Shown in pieces: positions 38,563-51,075 of a stretch of 64,000 nt of DNA (position 1 is its first letter; each line of letters starts with the position of its first letter). Source of the DNA: Adineta vaga (Eukaryota > Animalia > Rotifera); NCBI GenBank assembly GCA_021613535.1, contig CP075496.1, positions 14,446,001 to 14,510,000 of the forward strand, written 5' to 3'. The notes under the pieces are model-generated. The model had not been told where the DNA came from and made no database searches. It saw only the letters and a program-made list of their open reading frames with translations. Position numbers and translations under genes: made by a program.

Positions 38563-40365
38563 ATGATAATGAAAAATGAAAGTTGTCTTGAAAATCTTCC
38601 CAATGAATTATTAATTGAAATATGTTATTATTTAAAATCATTGGATATACTTTATTCATTTTCTTATCTTAATTCACGTTTTCAATGTTTAATAAATGAA
38701 TTTTGTTATCAATATGATTTATCATTTTGTACATTAAATGAATTTCAACGATTAATTTCTTCATCATCATTATTAAATTTATTTTGTTTAAATTTACGAA
38801 AATTAATTTTAAGTAATGAATATTGTCCAGGTAAAATTAAATTATTTCAAGATTTATTTTTTAATAAAAATTTTCCTTTATTAAAATCTTTAACATTAAA
38901 TAATTTAACAAATGAAAATATAAAAATTTTATCAAAAATTTCCTATTTAAAAGAATTAAATATTGAATTTAATTCTTATGAAACATTAACAAATGAAAAT
39001 GAATATTTAATTAATTATAATTTATTTGAAAAAGATAATTCTTTAGAAAAACTTACACTTTATATTGATCAAGGTATTGAAATATTTCAAAAGAATTATT
39101 TCAATACATTATTAACTGATTTAACAATTCAATTAATTTATTTAGATGATTTATTAAGACTTTTTCAACAACTTCCATCATTAATTTATTTGGAAGTTGA
39201 TATTCTCAGAAATCATTTATCAACAATAATAATATCAAAAAATAAAATTTTATTAAATAATTTAAAAGAATTTTATTTACATACGCGAGAAAAAGAAATT
39301 CTTCCTTTTGAACAAATATTAAAACCATTAATATTAAATTTACCTTCAATTGAATATTTATCATTTGGAATTCGAACAAATGATCCGATTTATTCTAATG
39401 GACAAATTTGGAAAGATTTATTTTCTTCAATGTCAAATATAAAAACATTTATTCTTGGTTTAGAAATTGATATAACAATAGATTTATATTATTATTTAAA
39501 TATTGACACAATTGATGAAATCAATGAAATTGTTTTTCAATCATTCAATAAATATTTTCCATCATTTCCAATATCAATTTATAATAATAATCGAACATTA
39601 TTTATTGATAGTATTCCATATAAATTTAATCGTCATCAAAGTTATAGTACAATTCCTCAAGCAAATCATGGCTTTTATACAAATATTCAATTATTAAATG
39701 AAAAACCAAAAAATATTGTTGGACTTTCAATAACTGGTGATCATCAATCAATTGATATGAATGATTATATTGATATAATAAATCGTTTTCCAAAAATCAA
39801 ATGGATTTATTTAGATTCAATAAATATTACAAATAAAAATTTATTAGAAAAGAAAATTTATAAATTAAAATATTTAAAAACATTAATTTATATGCGTTCA
39901 ACTTTTTGTAAAATAAATTCACTATTTTTTCATGAATTATTTTCCAAAAATGAAATAAAAACATTAAAAATTATGTATGGAGATTTAATTTATTATTTAC
40001 GAACATCACAAAATCGAATTGATGGAAGAAATATTGAAAATCTTGTTTTATATGTAAGTGGTGCTGATGGAATAGTTCATTTAATTCATTTAAATAATTT
40101 AATAATAACATTTCCTTATTTAAAATATTTAACTATTGAAGTAACATCAAAGAATTTAATTAAAAAAAATCAATTACAAATTATTAATTATTTATTAAAA
40201 TCCTTTCAAAATCTTCAATCATTTCAAATTATTTCACGAAAAGGAAATTTACATTTTATTCAAAATCACCAATTTCAATCTCAATGTCTTGAAAATATCA
40301 ATGCAACTAATTCTTATTTAATTCTTCAACCAAAATATTTTTCTTTATGGAAATTTAATTCTTAA
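38563..40365 (+). CDS. F-box/LRR-like protein, intronless, 600 aa
   Basis: LENLPNELLIEICYYL..ILYSFSYLNSRFQCLI followed by LxxLxL repeats. Confidence 0.87.
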   Translation: MIMKNESCLENLPNELLIEICYYLKSLDILYSFSYLNSRFQCLINEFCYQYDLSFCTLNEFQRLISSSSLLNLFCLNLRKLILSNEYCPGKIKLFQDLFFNKNFPLLKSLTLNNLTNENIKILSKISYLKELNIEFNSYETLTNENEYLINYNLFEKDNSLEKLTLYIDQGIEIFQKNYFNTLLTDLTIQLIYLDDLLRLFQQLPSLIYLEVDILRNHLSTIIISKNKILLNNLKEFYLHTREKEILPFEQILKPLILNLPSIEYLSFGIRTNDPIYSNGQIWKDLFSSMSNIKTFILGLEIDITIDLYYYLNIDTIDEINEIVFQSFNKYFPSFPISIYNNNRTLFIDSIPYKFNRHQSYSTIPQANHGFYTNIQLLNEKPKNIVGLSITGDHQSIDMNDYIDIINRFPKIKWIYLDSINITNKNLLEKKIYKLKYLKTLIYMRSTFCKINSLFFHELFSKNEIKTLKIMYGDLIYYLRTSQNRIDGRNIENLVLYVSGADGIVHLIHLNNLIITFPYLKYLTIEVTSKNLIKKNQLQIINYLLKSFQNLQSFQIISRKGNLHFIQNHQFQSQCLENINATNSYLILQPKYFSLWKFNS

Positions 40366-42162
40366 AATATCTTTTGCTTTTTTTTAAAGTTTTTATCATC
40401 TTCAATATAAATTAATAAACAACACGAAATTCAACATTTATTAAAACCTTTTCTCTCGAAAGAATCATGTACGATAAACGAATTAATCCCTTATTAAGTG
40501 TACAATTGTTTTTAAAGAATCTGTTACATATTGAAAGATCTTTGAGAATAATGTAAATATGTAGAAGATATAATTAGTCATATTTGTGAATTCATTGGAT
40601 AAAGGATTTACAATGTATACGAATAGTTGTACAATCGATACAGAGTAAAAGAATCGGTATGAAACATCGGAACCGATATAATGAGTCTCATTTAGTGCAG
40701 AATATTATATTTGATATAGATTATACAAAAAATATGAAATACAAAGTGTAACGCCGTCGCAAAGGTTAATACGCTGAAAAACATTCTAGAATATTCATTT
40801 ACTTTTCATAATCATATAGATTATTTAAAGAAGAACTTTAAAAAAGATGAATTTGTTTATCTTTTTTTATATTAGTAGTTATTTTATCAGTGAATTTTTA
40901 TTTTTTTTTAAAAGAAAATTTAAATTGGTATAAAAAAGGGAAGAAATATTTTGATTTTATAATTGACAATCATCGAGCAATTGGCCAAAGAAACAACAGG
41001 TTTTAATCATGCAGCATTTCAAAGTACATATCCTGCGGTATTTATTGATCATTTTTCATTTCTTGACTACACACATTTATCACTTGTTGATTTGGATGTC
41101 GCACAAAATAATAATCGTGTTTTTGTTCTAACTATATATGGTGCAATCGTTGCTATATAATTTGTATTCTATGTTATTTTGAAATAAAAAATATATTTAT
41201 CTGTGCTAATCAAAAATGACAATTTTTATGATAATAAATCGCTATTCATTCATAAAATTTTGACGGTAAGTGAACGTATAAGTATAAGTAAACCAATTAT
41301 CTATAATATTATTCTAATTAGATCTCGTTTGATCAACAACATGCGTGGTATTTGTTATCGTCAAAAATATCCCGAGGTTCGAAAATCCGGGAGATGCAAT
41401 TAAAACTCTTCTCATGTTCAAAATGATTTAAAAGATAAAATTATTCAATCATCTTCTATTCAAATATTTTCTATTTGAAAAAGAATAATTTGCAACAAAG
41501 AAAACGATGTTTACTTATTGTTTCTATTATTTATTCATCTATGATTCCTTTTTTTCTCAAGGTCTTTCATAAAATTACCCATATAGATTGCTCCAACAAG
41601 GTACGAAACTTATTCTTCATAAAAAAATCCTTGCATATGACATCTAGTAATCTATTGAAGGCAATGTCACTGCAAAACTCCAGTCGACATCTGCACGTTT
41701 TACTTTTTTTGTAATTCTAGACTGATTTTACCATTCAGAAACAAAGAAAGCCACTTTAGTTTTGATCTTAACCGAATTTATATTGCTTATTTTTATGTCT
41801 TATTGAAATAATGCTAAAAAGCTCATCCCGTTTCCAGAAATCGATATTGTAGGTGTTAAGTTGGACTTATAGTTATATTTATCTGAACCAGTTCATAGTC
41901 AACTTTTATTTGCACGGAGCAGCAACAAATCTTGATACATATGGTTATGTTCATGCTACTTTATCAAGTACACGAAGAGAAATGGTTCGTCTTCAGTATA
42001 TTTATAATTTATATGATACAAGTCTAATCAGTATCATCTGTTGAACTATTCTTTTATTTACATAACACAAATGAATATGAAATCATAACGTAAGTGTACT
42101 TGTCTTCAAAAAATAACTTTGGAAATGTTTTGGAAAATAAGGAATTCTCTCGATACATCTAT

Positions 42163-42458
42163 ATCAGTGTGAAGCTAGCACCACGAAACTATGAGTTTTG
42201 TAAAAACGAATTCCCGTCGATAAAAATGAGTCTATTCGACGCAGTATTTGATTCTGCATCGAATGGCGCTGGTTTCATTCACGGAAAAACGATCAGGACG
42301 AAGCTTACCTGGATTTTTATTTTCCTCTCATACTTACATATATAAAAGAAAAATTCGAATAAAATTTTTCCATTCGTTTTCCCGTAAATAAAAGTAGTGC
42401 CATTCGATGCAGAATCAAATTCTGCGTCGTACACACTCTTTTTTATAGACGGGAATTC
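42163..42458. mobile_element. DNA transposon relic: left TIR plus ~62 bp internal inverted repeat
   Basis: ATCAGTGTGAAGCTAGCACCACGAA (same as at 51076); IR ~42208-42270 / 42396-42458 around TTTGATTCTGCATCGAATGGC. Confidence 0.65.
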
Positions 42459-42801
42459 ATTCTGTGCAGAGAAATTGCGTGCCGAATGTCGTATAATGAT
42501 GCATATACATGTGTAGAAGACAAATATAGATCAAAGAAAACTTTTTTTCAATGGATGTTGACAACAAAATATAAAATAAATTATCAGCGCATACGTAAGA
42601 AGGAATTCCAAGAACACATAAATTTATCAATTAATATGCAACGTTGCGCAGTTTTACGGAAATAAAACATGAACAAGTCAAATTCAAAACTATATAAATA
42701 TACATAAATGTTTCATGTACTCCAGTACTGATTTCGAGCGTAAAATTATCTAAAGTTTTAAACTAAGAACAATAGGATAAACTTGTAGGGTGAATTTACT
42801 C

Positions 42802-42996
42802 TAAAGATGGTAAGCCAAGTCGTTTTTCGACTCGAATTAATTTAAATTAAGCCGAGTCAAATGACTTGTGACTTAACTTAAACTATAACTTCAACTCGAA
42901 GATTTTCGAGATGTAACTTGACTTGATCTGTTCGAAATTTTCAGTTATCGATTTTTACTTGTTTGGGTCAAAAAGCCGTTGATTTGCCAATATCTG
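42802..42996. mobile_element. Degenerate hAT-like MITE
   Basis: Weak TIR, reiterated ACTTGACT/AACTT subterminal motifs; no TSD seen. Confidence 0.35.
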
Positions 42997-43716
42997 ATCG
43001 CGAAACCATTATCATAGTAAATGGTTGTACATCTTTATATATTTTTTGAACTAATCGATCTTTTCTTTCTTAGGAATGAGAATTAAGGTATTAAACAGTG
43101 CTCGGATGATTATGTACAGCAATCAAATTTTTCGAAGATGATGAGGTCTCAGATGAAAGTAAAATTAGATAGCTTTTCGATCAGACGATTCGCAGTTATG
43201 TTTTTTAAGAAACATAGTGCTACATGAAATATACGAACTCGTTGTAAAGCAGTTCTTATGTGAAGTAAAAGTCAATATTTTTCGCAGAAATACTATGTAT
43301 ATCGAACCTCACAAAAAACCAAATGATTATTAGCAAATAATTGCATACGTTTCGTAATTTTGATTCTCGAGAATAACATCTTAAGTCTCATTAGGTTCTA
43401 TAAAATATTGAATCGTTTGACGATTGCACTTTTCATTTAACAATAATATTCACGAGAAAAAACAAAAAGCAAATGATAAAACCCGTTCTCTTGCAGCAAT
43501 TGTCGACCCCAATTGGTCGTTAACATATGACAATGACGATGGCTCTTAAACATCTTTATATGATTTTCTGGGGTCTAATTAAGTGTAGTTCATTATCAAC
43601 AAAATGATAAGAAATTCAAACAGATGCGGATAAGAGACTGGGACATGATTAACTTTGCTAAATCTCTTTCAACATATAACGCGAATGAAAATAATAGTTA
43701 GAAGGCTTCTTCTAGT

Positions 43717-43842
43717 GGAGACGCGGGGAGTGCGGTATAGCCCTTTCATACCGCATACCGTACCGTACCGCTCTACTTCTTTTTTTCCTCTACCGTCTCG
43801 TCCCGGTACGGTACGGTACGATACTGATACTACCGGTCTCTG
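43717..43842. mobile_element. (TACCG)n MITE family, copy 1
   Basis: TACCG/CGGTA reiterations, end CCGGTCTCTG; related to 50895-51070. Confidence 0.6.
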
Positions 43843-45032
43843 AGGGGGATAATACATTCCATAGATACTACAACCATTAAATGAATGTGAAGCCAGATTT
43901 TCATATCAACATAACATTATATTTGTTTGTCGTCGACTGATGATAATCCATTGTTTAATGATACAACCGTTTCGTTCATTGAAAACATTTATCAAAGTTT
44001 TGTTCAAATAAACTGAACTAATATAAGAAATATTCAACATTTTCTTCCTTCTATTCTCTTTTTAATTAATGGTCAGTTGTGTCTGTTTGTAAGAGAAACG
44101 ATTCTATACATTCTAAATATATTCTTAGACAGTCTGTCTGTTCTATTCAATACTTGTCTGTTTAGACGTTTTTTCTTCTTTTTCGTTGAAGAGTCGGTCA
44201 AAAAAATAGACTGTCGGTAGTGATAATCAACATGCTCCTTGTTTAACTGGAACGACAAGGACGAAAGCAAAACTGCATCGAGAAAAACAATTCATTCAAT
44301 TTTCTTTCTGTTCAAATGGTATTTCTACTATTTTTTTTCTTGAGGTTTGGTGGTTTCCTCAATAGAAAAAAATGGACCCACACTGAGTTGTTTGGTAGAA
44401 AGTATTGGTTATATTCAAGAAAAAAAAAGATTTAGTTTAATATATAAACTTAGATCGATAAATCCAACATTACATCCGTTATCGATTTATGAACCTGATA
44501 ATATAAAATGAAAGTTACGAACGTTACTTTTTAGATACCAAGTTTCTTTGACAATGTACCATTAGAAAAAATTATTATGATACAGAATGAACTACAGATA
44601 GTAAACATTATTCGTTTAGCATCTTTTGATGAGTAAAATAGAATATCATAATAATCCATATCATATACCATACGACCAAATGATTGTGCTACATATACGT
44701 GAAAGACATCTGTGGATTTTTCCAATATCAAAGAAACGATTCCAGCAAGTATCGAACCAACAGGAAACATTGTTATTGAATTCGAAAATATAATTTGTAC
44801 TTTAGAACATAAGATTTTTGATTTGCTTGATGAAGTAATACATGATTTACTTGGGGTAGATTATGTACAATAGAAAGCATCTCTCCTAAAGTTGATCAGA
44901 TTATGACAAGTATTGACAGTCCGATCTAGATTAATAATCTAACACCAACTGGAAAAATTTCTAATAGTTTCATTACTCGAGCATTTGAATCCTAAATGAA
45001 AAAACGTTCATTTTTAAAAGAAAATATTCACT

Positions 45033-45300
45033 TACCCAGGTCAAACAATACGAGCCGGTTCTGGCAGGAAAGCACCGGAAATCGCTGGAACATGGAAGCA
45101 GTATTCCGAGCGGAAATTTTTGGATTTTTTCCGATAAGTTCCGGTCAGTTCCCACTGGAAAGCACAGGAAATTGATTGGAATTCACCGAAAAAAAATCCG
45201 AAAATTTCCGCTCGGAATACTGCTTCCATGTTCCAGCAATTTCCGGTGCTTTCCTGCAGGTTCCCGCGAGATCCTGACACCGGAACGTTCGACAAGGGTA
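45033..45300. mobile_element. Fold-back MITE with TA-CCC termini
   Basis: TACCCAGGTCAAAC / GTTCGACAAGGGTA ends; ~67 bp near-perfect internal IR 45064-45130 / 45191-45257. Confidence 0.8.
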
Positions 45301-45319
45301 CTGTTATATTCATGTTGTG

Positions 45320-46391
45320 CAGTGTTTTATCTAGAGGGGGGAGGGGCGAGTGGGCGGCGTCCACTCGGGATTATGAATCGCCCACCCGGAAATTCAAGAT
45401 TAATTTACCTAGAATAAGTTTCATTTTATTCACCTTCTTGCGACACTTTCGTTTTACTCTTTTATCGATCAGTGGTATATGGCTTGTCTTTTACTAAATA
45501 ACGAAGAAAGAACTGACAGATACAAACATTTTACAAATGAATTTGATGATCTTTTGAATACTTTAGAATCCATCATGGAACACAATAAATAATCCAAAGA
45601 ACAAAACTGAAAAACGTTCAGACTAATATTATTCTAATTATTTTATTACATCGCAAACTAACATCAGACATAGTGTTTTGTTTGACTTAATAATAATCTA
45701 TCTATAGGCAAATCACGCCATGGAAAAAACTTCTGATCTCATATTTCAAAAGAAAAGAAAACACTATACAATCAAACATTACTAAACCCTTCTTTATAGA
45801 GAAAGCCGCCCAAAAGCTACCTATTTGGGAAGCGCAAAGTATTTTCGAAGGGGCTTTTAATGCGTCTCATCTTTTTTTGAAAACACTTAGTCAAAGTTTC
45901 TAAAGCCTTTTACAGATTTTTTGAGACATTATAAGCAGTTTTGGGAGATTTTGCTGCTTTTCTTCGAAATCTTCTTGATTCGCAAAATTCACTGTAAAAA
46001 GCTAATACAAGTGCTCGAAAAGCGCTCAAAAGGTTTTTGAATGATTGAGGGATTTTAATGCGTCGTCTACGTTGCTCGTCTCAGAGGACTTCTAACACGG
46101 GGAACTTCTATTATAGGGAGGGTTAGAACAAATTTTTGTTAAACGATAAAAATTTCTTTCATTTACTATACTGAAAAGATAAAGATTTATGGATTTGCAA
46201 CGTAGAATGAAAACTTTTCTTTCATCTTTGAAGTGCTTCATAAACGATTTTTTCGTTTCATAAGACATAAAAAACGACTTTACGACTGTTTATTCCCCGT
46301 TCCTTTACAGTATATTCCTTCTCAAAACTACAGTTGCTCACCCGGATACTTCAGCCGCCCACTCGGAAAATGAAAGCTAGATAAAACACTG
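45320..46391. mobile_element. Non-autonomous hAT-like element, 1072 bp
   Basis: Perfect 15 bp TIR CAGTGTTTTATCTAG; subterminal IR CGAGTGGGCGGC at 45347-45358 / 46354-46365; no TSD match; possible nested element 45782-46126. Confidence 0.7.
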
Positions 46392-46395
46392 TTTT

Positions 46396-46440
46396 CTGGG
46401 TGTGGGTGAGACTGAAGTAAAGAGCACACACCCACATCCA
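46396..46440. repeat. Telomere-hexamer inverted mini-element
   Basis: CTGGGTGTGGGTGAG - spacer - CACACACCCACATCCA. Confidence 0.6.
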
Positions 46441-46809
46441 TTGAATCGAGGAGGATTTTATGGAATTCAAGCGTTCAATTGGTCATCTTTACGTGAATAC
46501 GATTGATCTTTCATTTTGGATTTAAAAATGATATAAGTGATATTTTTTTTTTCTTTGGGAATATCTTGAATAAAAATCAAAGTATTTACATTATATTCAA
46601 ATCGTTGTGAGTTAAGATGAAGGATGTCCGATAGATTCCATTATTTTATATTAATTTATTGTATTGAGCGATTTTTAAAATGTTCTATCGTGTAAGATTT
46701 TATAAATTTGTTTTATTAGAAATCAAAAGATAGACTAATAGTATTTCATATAAATATATTTCGAGAGAGAGAGAAGGAAAGAAAGAAGAAAAAAGAAAAA
46801 AAGGTTAAA

Positions 46810-46898
46810 TCCGAACTCCCAGATTTGAACTGGGGACCTATAGGTTTCTATGAATAGTCCATTACAGCCTACCGCTCTGCCAACTGAGCTAAGTTCGG
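46810..46898 (-). tRNA. trnY: tRNA-Tyr(GTA) with ~16 nt intron
   Basis: CCGAACT/AGTTCGG acceptor stem, A73, D-arm GCTC/GAGC, anticodon arm GTAGG-CTGTAA[intron]A-CCTAT, T-arm CCCAG-TTCAAAT-CTGGG, downstream poly-T. Confidence 0.95.
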
Positions 46899-46936
46899 AT
46901 ATACAAGATAGTTATTAAAACATAATCTTATTCTTT

Positions 46937-48139
46937 TCATTTTGAATTCGAAGAATTGAAAATAATTTGATCAATTTGTTGAAGAAGATTTTGATTTGAA
47001 ATTAAACCCACATGAGTAACATGTTGAAAAGATTTAATAAAAAGTTTATATTTTGGATTCATTGTTTTATTCCATAAATGAGAAGACAAATGATTTGTAT
47101 CATCAAGTTCTCCATCACCTGATCCATAAATAATTTCAATTTTTTTACTAAAACTATCTGTTGAAGAAATATATTGAATTGGTGTTGAAATATTTGTACC
47201 AAAAAAATAAAATGTATTAACATTTGGTGGTGGAAGTGATGAAAGAATTAATGATGAATTAAGATAAACTTGAGCAAGATTATTTGCATTTATTTGATTT
47301 AAAAAAGTATATAAATCATAAGAAGTATAATTTTTTGATGGACTTTTTATTAAAATTCTTTTCGAACCATAAATAAATGAATTTGGTAAACGCCATGCAT
47401 AAAAATCCCATGATTGAAGAATTTCATGTGGAATTAATGGTGAAACAAAACCTTGAATTAAACTTTGAATATTATCAATTCCACCCGCTATATTTGCACT
47501 TGATGAAATCCAACTATTTATATATTGATCTTTCCATATTTGTGTTTGTTTTGTTAAAAAATCTAATATCATTGATCCACCTAAACTATGACTTATTAAA
47601 TAAATACTTTGATTCTTATTTTCATCGTATGTTATTTCAATTAATTCTTTTAATCTTTGAGAAAATAAATTTAAACTTTTATTTGTTCCATGACGAAAAT
47701 CATAAGATATTGAACGAATATTTTTTCCATCTATATATTGATGTTTAGAAAGAAAATGATAAAGAAATTTATCTAAATCAATATATTCCCATAACAAACC
47801 ATTTAAAAATGAACTTGATGAAGAATTTGTTACAAGACGTGTTTCAACACCTAAATCATTTTCAAATTCATTGGATGTTTTATTATAAATTAATGAAAAT
47901 ATCTTATGAAAACATAATAAATATTCAGGTTCAAAAAAACGAATATTTAACCAAAGAAGAATCCATTGATTATCAAGAGATTTTGGACATAATGTTTGAA
48001 TTGTTGTATTAACACGAACTTCTAATAAACTACAAAGAAAACCAGGAATAAATATTATTGGTGGTTTCGACGAGTCTTTTAATGAATTGGATTTGAATAA
48101 ACACAAAAAGAATATTATTAACGTAAGATATCGAACCAT
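46937..48139 (-). CDS. LCAT / lysosomal phospholipase A2 family acyltransferase, secreted, intronless
   Basis: PIIFIPG..S.LE, YDFR, LISHSLG nucleophile elbow, PPPNV, GSGDG, VTH. Confidence 0.9.
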   Translation of the reverse strand: MVRYLTLIIFFLCLFKSNSLKDSSKPPIIFIPGFLCSLLEVRVNTTIQTLCPKSLDNQWILLWLNIRFFEPEYLLCFHKIFSLIYNKTSNEFENDLGVETRLVTNSSSSSFLNGLLWEYIDLDKFLYHFLSKHQYIDGKNIRSISYDFRHGTNKSLNLFSQRLKELIEITYDENKNQSIYLISHSLGGSMILDFLTKQTQIWKDQYINSWISSSANIAGGIDNIQSLIQGFVSPLIPHEILQSWDFYAWRLPNSFIYGSKRILIKSPSKNYTSYDLYTFLNQINANNLAQVYLNSSLILSSLPPPNVNTFYFFGTNISTPIQYISSTDSFSKKIEIIYGSGDGELDDTNHLSSHLWNKTMNPKYKLFIKSFQHVTHVGLISNQNLLQQIDQIIFNSSNSK

Positions 48140-48277
48140 CTTCTTTTTTCTAATGAAATGTTATCTTTATGTAAAAAGAAAGACTTTTTTGTTTTGAAAG
48201 AAAATGATTCATTTGAAAAGAACGAAAAAAGAATTTAACGCTGCAAGAAGAAAGTTTTTATTTGTACATATTTTCAA

Positions 48278-49584
48278 ATGTTTTTTCAAAAGAAATTTCT
48301 TTTGAAATTCAAGGTAAAAAACTTTTCTTTTGAAATTTTTCATAAAAAACTCGTTTTTTATAGAATATTTTCTTATTAATTTTAATTCTCTTTTTAATTC
48401 TTATTTATTCAAATCGAAATAATCAATTGAAACAAATTTCTCGTAAAGATTTTCTTGAAAAAACATTTTGTGGAAATTTAATCAATGGAAAATCAATCGA
48501 TGAAAATGAAATAAAAAGAAAAAATAATTTCTTAAAAGAAAAAGTAAAAATTTGGCAAAATTTTAATGAAAATATTTCATGTAAAGAATTTATTAAAAAA
48601 CATTTCTTTTTTAAAAAATCTTTCACAAAAATTGAAAAAGAAAATCCAATGGGATTTACAATTCTTATTTATAAAAATTTTTATCAATTTCAAATTTTAA
48701 TTCGAACATTATATATTCAAACAAATTTCTATTGTATTCATATTGATCTTAAAGCATCTGAACAAATTTATCAATATGCTTTGAAATTATCAAAATGTTT
48801 TCAAAATATTTATTTATCAAATCAAAGATTTAATATTTCATGGGGATCATTTCAAATTTTACAAGCTGAAAGAATTTGTCAAGAAATTTTAATTGAAAAA
48901 TCATCCAAATGGTTTTATTATATGACTATTGCTGGTACTGAACTTCCTATTCAAACAAATCGAAATCGTGCTGAAATTCTTCAATTAATTGAAGATAAAA
49001 ATCAAGTTGATATTAGTTCAATTCCACAATCAACAAAATATTCGAATTTTACAATTTATAAAGGTGAATTTCATACAATTTTAACACGAAAATTTCTAAA
49101 TGAAATTCATAATGATAATTTATCAAATGAATTTTTTTCTTATTTAAATCAAACATCAATACCAGATGAACATTTTTATTCAACATTAATTCAATTTCAA
49201 CATTTATCTTCATTTAAATCAAGAAAAAAAACACAATTTTATCCTTATTATGAACTTTTATCTCATTATAAAAATTGGAAAGGACAACCTTTTACTAAAT
49301 GTCAATCAGAAAATTATATTCAAGGAATTTGTCAATTCAATTATAAAGATTTGTATTTTATTGAAAAAAGTCATAAATTATTTCTTAATAAATTTAATCA
49401 AGATTTTGATTTTATTTCAATTTATTGTTGGGAAAAATGGTTAAATATTAAAGAAAATAATTATATTCCAATTAATATCAATGATTATTTAAATAAATTT
49501 CCATTTACAACAATTAATTCAATATTTAATTCAACATTTGATGAAGATTTTAAACAAATGATTAAATATTTATATAGACAATGA
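48278..49584 (+). CDS. Core-2/I-branching beta-1,6-GlcNAc transferase (GT14)
   Basis: ATG 48278, intron 48314-48363, type II TM, NFYCIHIDLK, ISWG..ILQAE..C, ELPIQTN, IPDEHFYSTL. Confidence 0.88.
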
Positions 49585-50432
49585 ACAAATAAATTAACTT
49601 TGATATAACTAAAATTGTTTTAGATCTCGACTGAATTGAATGATCAATATCTATAATTGTGTTTCTTCAAATTTTATTATTTCTCAAGATAAAATTTGTT
49701 TTAAAGTATTTCTTTCACATCAACGATATTTTTATGAAGATTTTTTAGTTTATTCAAAAAGTGAGTACACACTACTAGATTCAATGAATATGTTCGTCCA
49801 TTCGTTCGTTTACTTGATAATTCCTGAAAAACTAATTCGATTGTGATGAAATTTTCTATAGAGTATTATCACATTTACTCGAGTTCGAAGATGAATCTGA
49901 TCAGGTGAATTATCGAAGATATAATGATATTCTTTTATAATTTTCTAAGGGTGTTTCACTTAGCTTTCTCAATATTAAATACATGAAAATTAATTTCTGT
50001 TTTTGTTAATTATTCGTTGTGTTGAATCTTCAATGTTTATATGATTTGAAATATTCTTGAAAAAATATCAGAAATAAAGATAGAAAATACTTCAAAACTG
50101 TAAACATATGTATTACGAAAGACAATGCTACTTTTTGTTTTACAATCTCTCTATCAATTTTAACATAAGTTATACATAATATCTCAATTTTTATTTTGAT
50201 GTTGTCTCAGATATTCACATATAAGAAATCATCTTATTTTTATATTTCTGTTCAGTAGGAAGTTATCGTACGAAAAAGGATTGTCTACAACAACTAACGG
50301 AAAATGTTCAAAAATGAATCATGTCATTCGATTGTTCCGTGAAACGATTTCTTCTACTAAATCTATTTAAATTCCGAACAAACTATATGAAAAATATTCA
50401 GATAAGAAATTCTTTCATTTAATAATTTTATT

Positions 50433-50894
50433 CTATTTATATTTCATTTTTAAACAATATACACGAAAAATTAACGCTTCCATATCATGAATGAAGAAAC
50501 CTTTATTTCTCTCCGCATAAAGCATCATGATTGCTGTAACATAACCTGATATATAATTATGGATCAAAGATTCGTCTCCAGTTGAATATATACCAAAGAA
50601 AACGATTCGAAAAAATGAAGCTTCGAGTAACCATTGACAAAAATCCATATATGTAACAGTATATTTGTTATTGAGGAACCCAAGCCACGTATACATAAAG
50701 ACCAAAAGTACATAAATAAATATTAATATTACTTCATTTCTCAAGAAAAATATTCCATAGTTTTGTGCTGCCGCTTCTTCCTCGTGTAACAGTAAGAGAG
50801 ATCTAGATATTAAACCAATTGAACGATACCAATAAGGATAAACGAAAAAAGAGAACAAGAAAATACACGATAAGGTCAGATAGATAAGGGGGAT
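50433..50894 (-). pseudogene. Multi-TM protein fragment, 5' end replaced by a mobile element
   Basis: Hydrophobic open frame whose ORF-track start lies inside the TACCG element. Confidence 0.35.
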
Positions 50895-51070
50895 CACAGA
50901 CCGGCGGTATTGCAAAAATTTGATACCGTCTCGTACCGTGTACCGCTTTCACTCGTATCATACCGTACCGTGCCGTACCGCCTAATAATGGTTCGATACC
51001 GTACCGTACCGTACCGTTACCGCCTGGAGTCTGAAGTATACCGTCTCGCGAAATACCGTACCGCCAGAAA
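50895..51070. mobile_element. (TACCG)n MITE family, copy 2 (one end)
   Basis: CACAGACCGG end and many TACCG units. Confidence 0.6.
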
Positions 51071-51075
51071 TTTTT

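Noticed and set aside
40963-42044. Several short plus-strand ORFs
   Set aside because: May be an old pseudogene, but no family or consistent frame could be supported.
44531-44900. Possible GPCR or membrane protein relic
   Set aside because: Too degenerate to assign.
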